Positions 1 to 9,120 of a stretch of 14,869 bases of DNA are shown here, one piece after another. The stretch is from positions 1 through 14,869 of the forward strand of contig NW_003314537.1 of assembly GCF_000143415.4 (NCBI RefSeq), read 5' to 3'. The position numbers were made by a program, and so were the translations under genes. This DNA comes from Selaginella moellendorffii. Lineage: Eukaryota > Plantae > Lycopodiophyta. The notes under the pieces were generated by a model. It was not told where the DNA came from. It made no database searches and saw only the letters and a list, made by a program, of their open reading frames with translations. The first letter of the stretch is position 1, and the number at the start of each line of letters is the position of its first letter.

Positions 1-2
1 GG

Positions 3-362
3 GCTGAGAGCTTTTCAGGGACGAACAACAGCAATGACAAGCCTATCACAGTGGGAGTGGGAGCTCGGGCTGGAAACTTGGTGGAGGAGATATTGGATGC
101 TCAACAGCAGCAGCACCAGCACCAGCAGGAGCAACTTAGCAGCGAAACGACGCGGGAGACCTGGCAGCAGCAATTGCAGCAACGTGCAGCAGATAAAAGT
201 GGCTCGAACTGCAGCAGGACCCCTCCTCCCCCCTCCTCCAAGGATGCTGCATTGATAGCTCTGGTGCACAAGTTGACAGGCCAAGCTTCTCCGGTTGATA
301 TGCCACTAGGAGCAGCAGCAGCAGCAGCGGCAGTGGCAGGAGCAGGATCCAACTCAGGCTAG
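3..362 (+). CDS. 3' end (5'-partial) of a Q/A-rich protein, possibly the coiled-coil C-terminus of a GT-1/GT-2 trihelix transcription factor
   Basis: Frame open from base 3 to TAG at 360-362. LVEEILDAQQQQH...RETWQQQ...SKDAALIALVHKLTG resembles the trihelix coiled-coil end (K/RDAAVIAFLQKITG). No DNA-binding domain lies in the window. Confidence 0.4.
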   Translation, partial: AESFSGTNNSNDKPITVGVGARAGNLVEEILDAQQQQHQHQQEQLSSETTRETWQQQLQQRAADKSGSNCSRTPPPPSSKDAALIALVHKLTGQASPVDMPLGAAAAAAAVAGAGSNSG

Positions 363-817
363 CTGGCAAGTTGGGTCCAGGGAGGGGTACTACGCTCGAT
401 TCAACCGCATCGATCAATCCAGTGGGACGATCTACTGCTGGTGCTGGTGCACTCCTCCACACTTCGAAAAAGGCAAGCTTTCATCTCCGAGCGAGCCTTA
501 ACTACGCGGGTTGTGTTTACAGGTTCTTCCATTCCGTGTACTATATGTACCAGTAGATAAGTGGGGTCCGACGCGCTCTATAGCTGTGTGGATCACGACT
601 GGGGGTGGCGGGCAAAGATTACAGGGCAAGGAAAGTAGAAAGTTAAAGCAACGACGGGGAAGTCTGGAGGAACAAGACTATCAAGGGGGGGCCTAGGTGA
701 CAAGGAAAAAAGCAAAGCTCCATGGAAGCGAGATTGCCGCTACATACACTTTACAACAATACCGCTGTTAAAAACGAGTGAGGGGCCGGGCAGGGTGGTG
801 ACATCGCAGATGTAGAT

Positions 818-838
818 AGATGGATGGATGGATGGATA
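818..838. repeat. (GATG)n microsatellite
   Basis: gatggatggatggatggat visible directly. Confidence 0.85.
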
Positions 839-1021
839 GAGAGATACTTTAGAGAGTAGAGCAAGCACAGGAGACAGATATGTAACAACAAGAGGAGCAA
901 GCACAGAACAGGAGGCGAGGATTTGATCAACTAATTTTGTGAGGGGTGGTGATGTTGAAGTTCTTAATTGGTGTGGCGAAATAACGAAAAAGAGAGGTAC
1001 CTTTTTTCTCTTAATTCTCGT

Positions 1022-1055
1022 TTGTTTGGGTTGTGACATTGTTTGGGTTGTGACA
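1022..1055. repeat. Perfect 17-bp tandem duplication TTGTTTGGGTTGTGACA x2
   Basis: 1022-1038 is identical to 1039-1055. Confidence 0.95.
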
Positions 1056-1163
1056 TAGCACTCAGTTTCTTGTCATTTTTGGACAAGTTGCCAAACAAAC
1101 AGGCTGTCGTGTGTTTGTTGTTGCTGGCTGGCAGTGGTCACTCTCATCCCTCACTTAGATGAA

Positions 1164-1181
1164 AGAGAGAGAGAGAGAGAG
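1164..1181. repeat. (GA)n microsatellite
   Basis: agagagagagagagagag visible directly. Confidence 0.9.
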
Positions 1182-1617
1182 CGCGCTGCCGTTTTGCTTG
1201 TTTCTTCTCTTTTTTTTTTCTCCGGTACTAAGTAACTCCTCCCGTTCCCAGAGATTTTTCTCTTCCACGTGTGCGTCAGCGTCGGTAACGATGATTTCTA
1301 TTCAATCAATCTGATCTGATCGGGCGAAGAGCGAGGAAGGAACCTTCTGCTTCTTTCCCCCCAATCCATCGCTGTTGCCTTGCCTTGAAGTTATCAAAGA
1401 CCCGCGAGATTTTCTTTGCCTGCTCTAATGTAACCGCTGGTTCCCTCTGCCTTGATTTCTTCTCTTCTCTGCCTGGGCCTGTGCCTGCCTGCCTCGTATT
1501 TACAGCCGAAAGTTTTTTAGGTGGGAGTAAAGTCTCTCCTTCCTGGCTTTGACTTTGCTTCTCCTCCTCCTCACTCGCTTGATTGTTTGTGCGCGTACTT
1601 ATCTTTTCCTCTGCTGC

Positions 1618-3147
1618 CTAAGATCCGCTGCCGCAGATGAAGTTATACACCACCAGCGTGACGCCGAACTGTGGACTCGTTCGCAGCACACGCGCGAGGC
1701 TCCCTTTGAACAGCGCTCTTGGACCCTCTGCCACCCATACGCTCTTGAGGCAAGCCAGCGCGTTCTCGTGCGGGATCTGGCCGTCGGGAAGTTCCATCTA
1801 TAAGAAGAACATTTTGTTAGCGGGAAGATCGGGTATGGCGAAGTTTGTGGACTTACTTGTAGCCTCGTCTTGACGACGTCCATTGGAGTGGAGAGAACTG
1901 TCGCAGGAATGGCTGCTAGGAATCCGTCGGCAAATCCTTGGTCCGGGTAGAGCTGGCAGAGGATAGCGTAGCACGCGAAGAAAATGCCCGAGCTTGGGAT
2001 GTCTCTGGCCAGCGTCACCCCTGCGCCGTGGTACAGCCCCCGGAAGCCCAGCTCCTTGATTACTTCGCAGAAACCACGCTTGTTGGACGTTGTCTGGGTT
2101 TGGAGCCGGACTTTGACGATCTCCATCGGGTTTGTGAAGACCACCTGAGAGAAGCCTCCACCGCTCCCGGCAATGAGCTCGAGAAACCACAGTCCAGTGC
2201 CAGGCATTACGTGCTCCAGCAGCTCTAGCAGGAGCTCGTTTACTGTCAGCTTTACAGCCTGAGGCAAGTAGGAAAAAAAAGAGAATGTTTAGACTTTGGA
2301 ATAGAAAAAGCTTATGCTATACCTTCTCCGGAGCTATTCCAACGAGCTGGGGCAGCAATCCGCTGTACAGTGACCCCATTCCCTCGTCAGCTACGAGTTT
2401 TCTAAAGCAATCTATCTCGTTCTTGTATTTACATTCTTCGTCATTGTTCTGGAAAACACAAAGTTAAAAGTTAGAAATGAAAACGAAGGATTTTTTTTTT
2501 TTTTCTCTTACCTGTGCTTGCATGCGAGTTTTTATCGTGTCGAGCGGATACACCAAGGCCGCTCCAATCGCCCCGGCAACACCGCCGCCACCAAAGTGCT
2601 GCAATATCCTCGCAAGAAGCCTGGAGCTGGATGACACCACCACCGGGTTTATGACCGGCACCGCCTTGGGCCTCGCCACTGCTTGTACAACCTTGTTCGT
2701 CACTGGGACGATCGAGACTTCCGGAGCATTGAGCGCTACTGATACCTCCAAAGAACGATCCAAATTCCTCGCTCCATCCAACACTAAATCCCGTGCTACC
2801 TCTGCTTGCTTGGCTGGAGACACCCGGTCGATCTCCAGCGCCGAGGGAGACGAACTAGGCAAGGAGAGCGAGAAAACCACTGCGGCTGTCACCACTCCCG
2901 GCTTCCAATCCATCATCCACAATTCCTCGCGACTTCCTTCACCGACGTCTCGACGCTCTACGTGAAAATTCCTCATCCCCTGTTGTTGCTGGCTATCTAG
3001 ACATACCTCTCGACCTTCTACGTGAAAATTTCTCCTCCGCAGCCTTGGAAGCTTGGATTTTAGCTCTGGACCAAGAAATGCCCTCGATCTTGGCGCTCGG
3101 ACAGGAAGCTGTTGCATCGGCCGAGTATCGCAGCACAAGCACTCCAT
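1618..3147 (-). CDS. Mitochondrial carrier family (SLC25) protein of aspartate/glutamate (AGC1/citrin/aralar) or glutamate-carrier type, about 447 aa; exons 3147-2512, 2448-2323, 2258-1857, 1797-1618
   Basis: Three Px[DE]xx[KR]x[KR] motifs ([33 protein letters not shown]). Manual splicing at three phase-0 GT-AG introns (63, 64, 59 nt) gives one continuous frame containing [44 protein letters not shown] and [15 protein letters not shown], ending at TAG 1620-1618. The start ATG is the least certain part. Confidence 0.92.
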
Positions 3148-3333
3148 CGCACCGATCAGGAAATCCACAGAGATCTTCGCCCTGGCCCTATCTGTAAGCC
3201 AATGCTTTGCAAAATGCCTACCACGCGAACGCCAAGAGCACGGGAGCTCCCAAATGCGCCACAAGAACAGTAGATTCGCCGCCAAGTGATCCACACACCC
3301 GTGACCGCCGTGACCGACTTCGCTCGCTCGCTA

Positions 3334-3342
3334 AAACCCTAA
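3334..3342 (+). promoter_or_regulatory. Telo-box AAACCCTAA in the divergent intergenic region between the carrier and AWPM-19
   Basis: Exact motif about 190 bp upstream of the carrier ATG; function not demonstrable from sequence. Confidence 0.35.
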
Positions 3343-3768
3343 TCCAAAGCAACGGAAATATCTGTCCTAAAGCAACGAATATCCATCCATTGCCGGACAC
3401 GAGATGCTTCCTTTCGGAGAGAGCGACCGAAGCAGCGTGCTACAAAACGACTCGTGGATTTGGGGAGTTTTGGATTGGTCCAAACAGAGCCAGCTAGCTT
3501 TCGTGTGATAAATGTGGGGAGTGTTCTTCCTTCCTCTGGATTTCTCGTCGTGTTCTTCGTCGCCGCTCGCAAAGATCTGTGGTTGCTTCGGCCAGGCGTC
3601 GTCGATCGTGATCCGACTGGCTTACGTTCTCGACGCGGTGATCTGCTGCTGCTTCTGCTGCTTCCTCTGCGAGGCCCGGTTGGACCACCCCAAGTCTTCT
3701 TAACATCTGCATTGGCTTGCTCATAAGCTCTTAGATCATCCAAAGTTCTCTCGGAGGAACTCGAGGAG

Positions 3769-4428
3769 ATGGTTCGCCAGGACCAAATCGCGAGAGCGCT
3801 CTCACTCTTTTCCCTCCTCGCCCTCACCATCTTCTACGTGATCACCATCGCGCTCGCGAGCTGGGCGCTCAACCGCGCGTTCAAGGAGTCCACGCCCGGC
3901 TCGCCGGTACTAGGATCGACCCATGGTAAAACTTGTGATCGCGTTGACAAAAGTTGACTTTCGTTGTCTTTTACATACAGGGAATGCGGCGACTCCATTC
4001 CTTGCGTTGACCACGCTGATCTCCGGGGTCGTCGGAATGGCGGCGGTGATACTCGGGCTCCAACACGTGGCATCGTGGAAGGCCAAGACGCTAATCGCCG
4101 CCAACGCAGCCACCATTATCGCCTGGGCTCTCTCGCTACTGGCTATGGGGTAAGATACCCGGTATTACTATTACCATCACCATTACCATCTTGTTTTACA
4201 GGCTTGCCTGCCGCGAGGTTGGGCTTGGAGGGCGGAGGGACGGTAACCTGGTAAGAAGCTTGTGGTAATGGTCATGGTAACTTTTGGGCATTTTTACAGC
4301 GGAGCTTGGAGGGGTTTGTGATATTCCTGCCCTGGGTCCTGCTCGTACAAATGGTGACGTGGCAGGCGGCCATGGTTGTCCAGCGAGTGGAGCACGCACC
4401 CCCGACGACCCCACGAATGACTGTGTGA
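3769..4428 (+). CDS. AWPM-19-like (PM19) ABA-induced membrane protein, about 167 aa; exons 3769-3925, 3981-4149, 4202-4250, 4300-4428
   Basis: Spliced product has YVITIALASWALN, GNAATPFL, ISGVVGMAA, GLQHVASW, IAWALSLLAMGLACREV and RSLEGFVIFL, matching the AWPM-19 pattern. GT-AG introns of 55, 52 and 49 nt preserve frame; four hydrophobic segments. Confidence 0.9.
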
Positions 4429-4646
4429 TTGGATAATTTATTGGCAAGAAATTGTGTGTGATCTAATCCGGGAAATATGACATTCGATAATGCTGCTCCA
4501 CACATTTTTGTGTTCTCATGTGTCGTCCTATCACTCGATCGAGAGACGTTGCGGTCGATTGATCCAGTTCTTGGGAAATCGATAGCAAATCGATCGATAT
4601 AGCTCAAGTTTCCGGGAAACGATTGCTCTGGTTGGATTGAATCGCG

Positions 4647-5411
4647 ATGGAGAAGCAGAGGGAGCAAGATTTCCTGGACCGGCTGGTGATCTTCCTGGCC
4701 AAGCGCGATGGCATCGACAAGCTGGTCAAGACGCTCCAGTACACCGGTAAGCTCTCGCACTGGCATCTCTCGCGGCGGAGCAAGCGATCAAGCGTCCCCA
4801 ATCTCGCCACTCGCGCCAAGGCGCTCGAGGTCTCGTGCGGCCTCGCGCGCAAGGCCTTCCGCCTCGGCCGCTGGCTCTCGGGCCTCAACAATCTCCGCGC
4901 GCCAGCGCCCAATCTCCCCTTCCTCGCGCTCGCCATCCTCGCCAACGCCGGGGAGATGGTCTACTTCTTCTTCGACCACTTCACCTGGCTCTCGCGGATT
5001 GGCGTGCTCGATCCCAGCCTCGCCCCGCGCTTCTCCCTCGTCTCGGCATCCGGGGAGGCGTTCGGCTACGTCTTCTTCGTGATCGCCGACGCCATTCTCA
5101 TCGCGCAGGGCGTCCGGGAGGAGCGGAGGCTCGCGCTGGAGCTGCAGGCGATGGTGAGGAGCCGGGACACGAAGCTGGGCGATGAATCGAGCAAGCTGGG
5201 CGGGCAGATCCAGGCCAAGAGGGTTGCGATCGCGGCAATCCGGGTGAAGAGAGTGATGTCGGCCATGGCGATCGCTGCTAACGTCGCGGATTTCGTGATC
5301 GCGCTCGCGGACATCGAGCCCAATCCGTTTGTGACCCATGCCGTGACGCTGGGGATCAGTGGATTGGTCTCAGCGTGGGCGGGATGGTATCGAAACTGGC
5401 CATCGTCTTAG
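4647..5411 (+). CDS. PEX11B: Peroxisomal membrane protein PEX11B-type, intronless, 254 aa
   Basis: LVIFLAKRDGIDKLVKTLQY, GLARKAFRLG, ANAGEMVYFFFDHFTWLSRIG and C-terminal TLGISGLVSAWAGWYRNWPS are characteristic of plant PEX11b. Confidence 0.95.
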   Translation: MEKQREQDFLDRLVIFLAKRDGIDKLVKTLQYTGKLSHWHLSRRSKRSSVPNLATRAKALEVSCGLARKAFRLGRWLSGLNNLRAPAPNLPFLALAILANAGEMVYFFFDHFTWLSRIGVLDPSLAPRFSLVSASGEAFGYVFFVIADAILIAQGVREERRLALELQAMVRSRDTKLGDESSKLGGQIQAKRVAIAAIRVKRVMSAMAIAANVADFVIALADIEPNPFVTHAVTLGISGLVSAWAGWYRNWPSS

Positions 5412-5465
5412 TTGCATTTTTGGAGATGCCAAAGGGATCTAAAGTTGATCCGATACACTATCTGT

Positions 5466-5487
5466 CCACGTGTCATACGCCCACGTT
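5466..5487 (+). promoter_or_regulatory. G-box/ABRE (CCACGTGTC) plus a second ACGT core (CACGTT) upstream of the polyamine transporter
   Basis: CACGTG at 5467-5472 and CACGTT at 5482-5487; motif match only. Confidence 0.4.
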
Positions 5488-5701
5488 TCCCACGCAGGAC
5501 AAACTGTGACCGTCCGATCATCAGTTTTAGGGTTCCTCCTCCTGTGGCATGGCGCAGCACTGCATGATGGCGATTGCTTGATCCCTGCGCTCCAAGAGCG
5601 CGGCGATGCAGCGCGGTGGGCTACACATCTTCCGCTGAGTGGGAATTCCTCTTCACTTGGATCTCTCTACCGGCATTTTAGATCCGAGGGTGGGCAGCAG
5701 C

Positions 5702-7141
5702 ATGGATTCGCCCAAGCGCGGCAGCAATCAGCACCAACAGCGCAAGCTCCCGCTCCTCCCGCTCGTCTTCCTGATCTTCTATGAGGTCTCCGGCGGCCCC
5801 TTCGGCGTGGAGGACGCGGTGGGCGCGGGTGGGGCGCTGCTCACGCTGCTGGGATTCATCGTCATGCCCTTTCTATGGAGCATCCCCGAGGCGGTGATCA
5901 CCGCGGAGCTCGCCACGGCCTTTCCCGACAACGGCGGCTACGTGCTGTGGATCCAGGCGGCCTTCGGCCCCTTCTGGGGATTCCAGGAGGGATGGTGGAA
6001 GTGGCTGTCGGGAGTGATCGACAACGCGCTCTATCCGGTGATGTTCCTCGACTACCTCAAGTGGGCGATCCCCAGCGTCGCCGGCGGCGTCGTGCGTTTG
6101 ATCTCGCTGCTGGTCATCACAGCCGCGCTCACCATCGTCAACTATCGCGGGCTCACGATCGTGGGCTACACCGCGGTGGCGCTGGGGATCTTCTCGCTGC
6201 TGCCGTTCGTGGTGCTCTTCTTCCTCGCGATCCCATCGCTGGAGCCGGCGCGCTGGCTGGAGGTGGATCTCCGCGACACCAACTGGACGCTCTACCTCAA
6301 CACGCTCTTCTGGAATCTAAACTACTGGGACTCGGTGAGTACGCTGGTGGGCGAGGTGGATCGGCCGCACGAGACGGTGCCGCGGGCGCTAGCGGCGGCG
6401 CTGGTCCTGGTGGTGGCGTCGTATCTCCTGCCGCTCCTGGCGGGCACCGGGGCGGCGCCGCCGGGCGACCGCAAGCTCTGGGCCGACGGCTACTTCGCGC
6501 ACATCGCGCTCAAGATCGGCGGCGGCTGGCTCAAGTGGTGGGTGGAGCTGGCGGCGCTGCTGTCCAACGCCGGGATGTTCGAGGCGGAGATGAGTAGCGA
6601 CTCTTTCCAGCTGCTCGGGATGGCGGAGAGGGGCATCTTGCCCGCGGCGTTTGCGCGGAGGTCGAGGTATGGGACGCCGGTGCTGGGGATCTTGTTCTCG
6701 GCCACCGGGGTCATCCTCCTCTCGTGGCTCAACTTCCAGGAGATCATCGAGATCCTAAACTTCCTCTACTGCTGCGGGATGCTGCTCGAGTTTGCGGCGT
6801 TCGTGTGGCTGCGGATCAAGCAGCCGAATCTCGTCCGGCCTTACAAAGTTCCGCTGGGGACGATCGGGGTGACGGTGATGTGCCTGGTGCCGTCGGTGCT
6901 GCTGGTGGTGGTGATGTGCATCGCGTCGGCCAAGACGGTGGTGCTCAGCGTGGTGTTCTCGCTGGTGGGATTTGCGGTGTACCCGGCGATCCAGCTCGCC
7001 AAAAAAAAAAGCTGGCTAAGTTTCATTGACGCGCCGGATCCCATCGCGCTCAACAAGGAGAAGATCCCGGCGCTGGCGGAGGAGCGCATTGTGCACGCGC
7101 GGGAAGCTGGGGATGAACAGACCCAGCTCTTGTGCTCATAG
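5702..7141 (+). CDS. Polyamine uptake transporter (PUT/LAT, RMV1-like; APC superfamily), about 479 aa. Possible alternative start at 5606 via a 66-nt intron 5616-5681 (MQRDPRVGSS-M)
   Basis: LPLVFLIFYEVSGGPFGVED, WSIPEAVITAELAT, GFQEGWWKWLSGVIDNALYPV, FWNLNYWDS and GMFEAEMSSDSFQLLGMAERG are PUT/LAT hallmark motifs; about 12 hydrophobic segments. Confidence 0.95.
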   Translation: MDSPKRGSNQHQQRKLPLLPLVFLIFYEVSGGPFGVEDAVGAGGALLTLLGFIVMPFLWSIPEAVITAELATAFPDNGGYVLWIQAAFGPFWGFQEGWWKWLSGVIDNALYPVMFLDYLKWAIPSVAGGVVRLISLLVITAALTIVNYRGLTIVGYTAVALGIFSLLPFVVLFFLAIPSLEPARWLEVDLRDTNWTLYLNTLFWNLNYWDSVSTLVGEVDRPHETVPRALAAALVLVVASYLLPLLAGTGAAPPGDRKLWADGYFAHIALKIGGGWLKWWVELAALLSNAGMFEAEMSSDSFQLLGMAERGILPAAFARRSRYGTPVLGILFSATGVILLSWLNFQEIIEILNFLYCCGMLLEFAAFVWLRIKQPNLVRPYKVPLGTIGVTVMCLVPSVLLVVVMCIASAKTVVLSVVFSLVGFAVYPAIQLAKKKSWLSFIDAPDPIALNKEKIPALAEERIVHAREAGDEQTQLLCS

Positions 7142-7299
7142 AAGTTTTTTAAATCCTACTTCGCAAAGAATCAACTAACCAAATGATGGTAAAGGATAAA
7201 TGCTCCACAAATATTTTCAACCCATTGGTCAAATGCGGCCAAGAATTAAAACTTAATACAAATGCAATGCTTTGTGGCTGGGAAGAGGCTTGATTTGAG

Positions 7300-8165
7300 A
7301 TGAAAAGCTTGTTGCTCCTGTTGCTATGGACGTTCTTGTGTGTGCCCATTAATGAAAAGGGTGGCCAGGGTGTACTCAACCTCGAGCAGGTCCTGGCCAT
7401 GGAGTTCCACATCCGCTACTTCCTCATCACTCAGCTCCAACCTGATAGATTCTATTATCCACGGACATGGTCCACAACACTCCGAATTGATCATGACCTT
7501 TTTGCATTGTAAGGCTGATGCTCTTTAGCCAAGTATCAGATGAAAGTTGCAGCCTTGCACCCTCCCCAATGCGGGTCCAAATCTTAGAGAAGCTTTCAAT
7601 GCCCTAGTTGATCGAGTCTCAGCACTAGCTAGTATGCATGGCTATAATCATGTAATGGCCACCTTAGGACTTGTAAGCATTGACTACCCGACTCTCTTCA
7701 CAGCTCTGCCACCAGGTCAGCTTGCAATGCACAGATATCCTTTTTGAGGCTGTTTCCAACACAACACCAACTCTCCAAAATGACTGTTATGCCTTTAACT
7801 CTACAATGGTGAGTTGAGAGTGAGGAGTGTTTGGATCCGACCTCTACAGTGGCTCTCATCTTGTATCTCTCGAGCTTGTTTTGAAATATGACTGTAACTT
7901 GGTAATATTAGCAAGGGGATGGAAGGAGCTTTGGTCGAGTTCCACACCTGGAAAAGGAGTTAAATGTGTACTCACTCAAATGGATGGGAACTTGGTGCTC
8001 ATAGGAGGAGATGGAGGTGGTATCTTTACATCAAACATTTACTACCAACCACGGATTTTTGGAATCAATTGGGTGCTTGAAAATAGTAGATCCATCATGA
8101 TTTACCATGCTTTGGGGCCATGCTTCTCTTGTGGCAACAGCTATAATTGTCTCACCTGGTCTTAA
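7300..8165 (+). pseudogene. Disrupted paralog of the 9121-10047 secreted lectin-domain gene
   Basis: Collinear with the intact copy (IRYFLITQLQPDRFY vs IRYFLINEIQPDRFY; GSDLYSGS; ARGWKELWSSST). It is broken into ORF pieces by a 1-nt deletion near 7500 (TAA 7510-7512), a deletion near 7570, a frameshift near 7740 and loss of the PNGFY segment. Confidence 0.88.
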
Positions 8166-8289
8166 ACTCCAGTAGGGAGTGTGGAGGACACCCAAGGTTT
8201 GCCCAATACTCCAAGAAATAAATTTATTAAGTTTCATGCCATGCAAACTTAAATACTAATATTAACCTTTTTCATGGTTACAATGAAGG

Positions 8290-8850
8290 AGAGCCACTCA
8301 ACAAGATCCACAGGAAAGATGAAACCAATGTCAATTAGCTTGCTTGACAGGGTGAAAATAGAAGTTGTCACAATGGTGTGGACAATAATGTTCGGAAAGA
8401 CTCCTTGAGTAGTCCCATGTGAAAATGTCTATGAGATCCTTAAGTGGTTTCCCATCCTTAGCTTCAACACCTTGCCCACAAACAAAAGGTTTGGCTAGCC
8501 ACTCTTAGTAACCAAATCAAGAGGGATGGTTTCCAACTCAGCCTAGAAAACATCCATTTTCAACTAGATCAAATTTACCATCACCTCTCAATCGAGTGGA
8601 TGGTCTGGCAACACATCCTCTAAGATAGAGTTCCACAACCCTTGCTTTGCTAAGCATATGTGATGCCATATGAAGAACAAGCTCAATGGTCCAAGATGTC
8701 AATTGAGATAGGAGTTGATACATGAAGTAGAATGTCAAGAGCTTGAACTTCCTAACGAACTGTTTGCAAAGTAGTAGAGAATCTGACCACATGTGGAGAT
8801 GCTTGACAACTCCCTTGTACTTACACTCATTTGGTGAAGTTGCCATAACT
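8290..8850 (-). pseudogene. Possible highly decayed PPR-protein fragment
   Basis: Fragments in different frames (EVQALDIL...ACSSYG; VCGQGVEAK...DIFTW; GVFPNII) loosely resemble PLS-PPR motifs; many stops. Weak. Confidence 0.25.
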
Positions 8851-9120
8851 ATTTGCGAGAATGATTAAATAAACTTGCCATCACCACACTAAGTCCACTG
8901 ACAAACAAAAAAAATGCTCCAAAATAATTTCTTATATTTTATTGAGTATATTGACCTCGAACACCCGGTTGTTGACATTCCCATTCATAGTCAACCCATT
9001 GTTCTTAATAGTCAAAGTTCGAAATGACCATTAGTCAATGCAGCCAAGAATCCCAATGATTAAGAGCCCCTGTTGGAAATGCAATATTTGAAAACTGAAG
9101 CTCAACTTGAGGCAAGAAAC

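Noticed and set aside
881-1055. Solo LTR as a firm feature
   Set aside because: TG...CA ends are present, but flanks (AGATA vs TTGTT or TAGCA) give no target-site duplication, and no PBS or second LTR is seen. Kept only as a low-interest finding.
1130-1190. Possible miRNA hairpin (ggcagtg...ctctcatc / gatgaaagag...cgctgcc)
   Set aside because: Pairing is short, interrupted and driven by the GA microsatellite; no conserved miRNA sequence recognised.
1599-1856. C-terminal part of the 222-aa ORF 1599..2267
   Set aside because: It is read-through of intron 1856-1798 into the wrong frame; splicing restores the carrier's final helix.
3148-3294. N-terminal 49 codons of ORF 2464..3294
   Set aside because: Begins at a non-ATG codon; the first in-frame ATG is at 3147.
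4604-7089. Overlapping alternative-frame and antisense ORFs over PEX11B and PUT (e.g. 5875..6597, 4788..5339)
   Set aside because: Expected shadows of GC-rich coding sequence; R/G/A-rich with no recognisable motifs.
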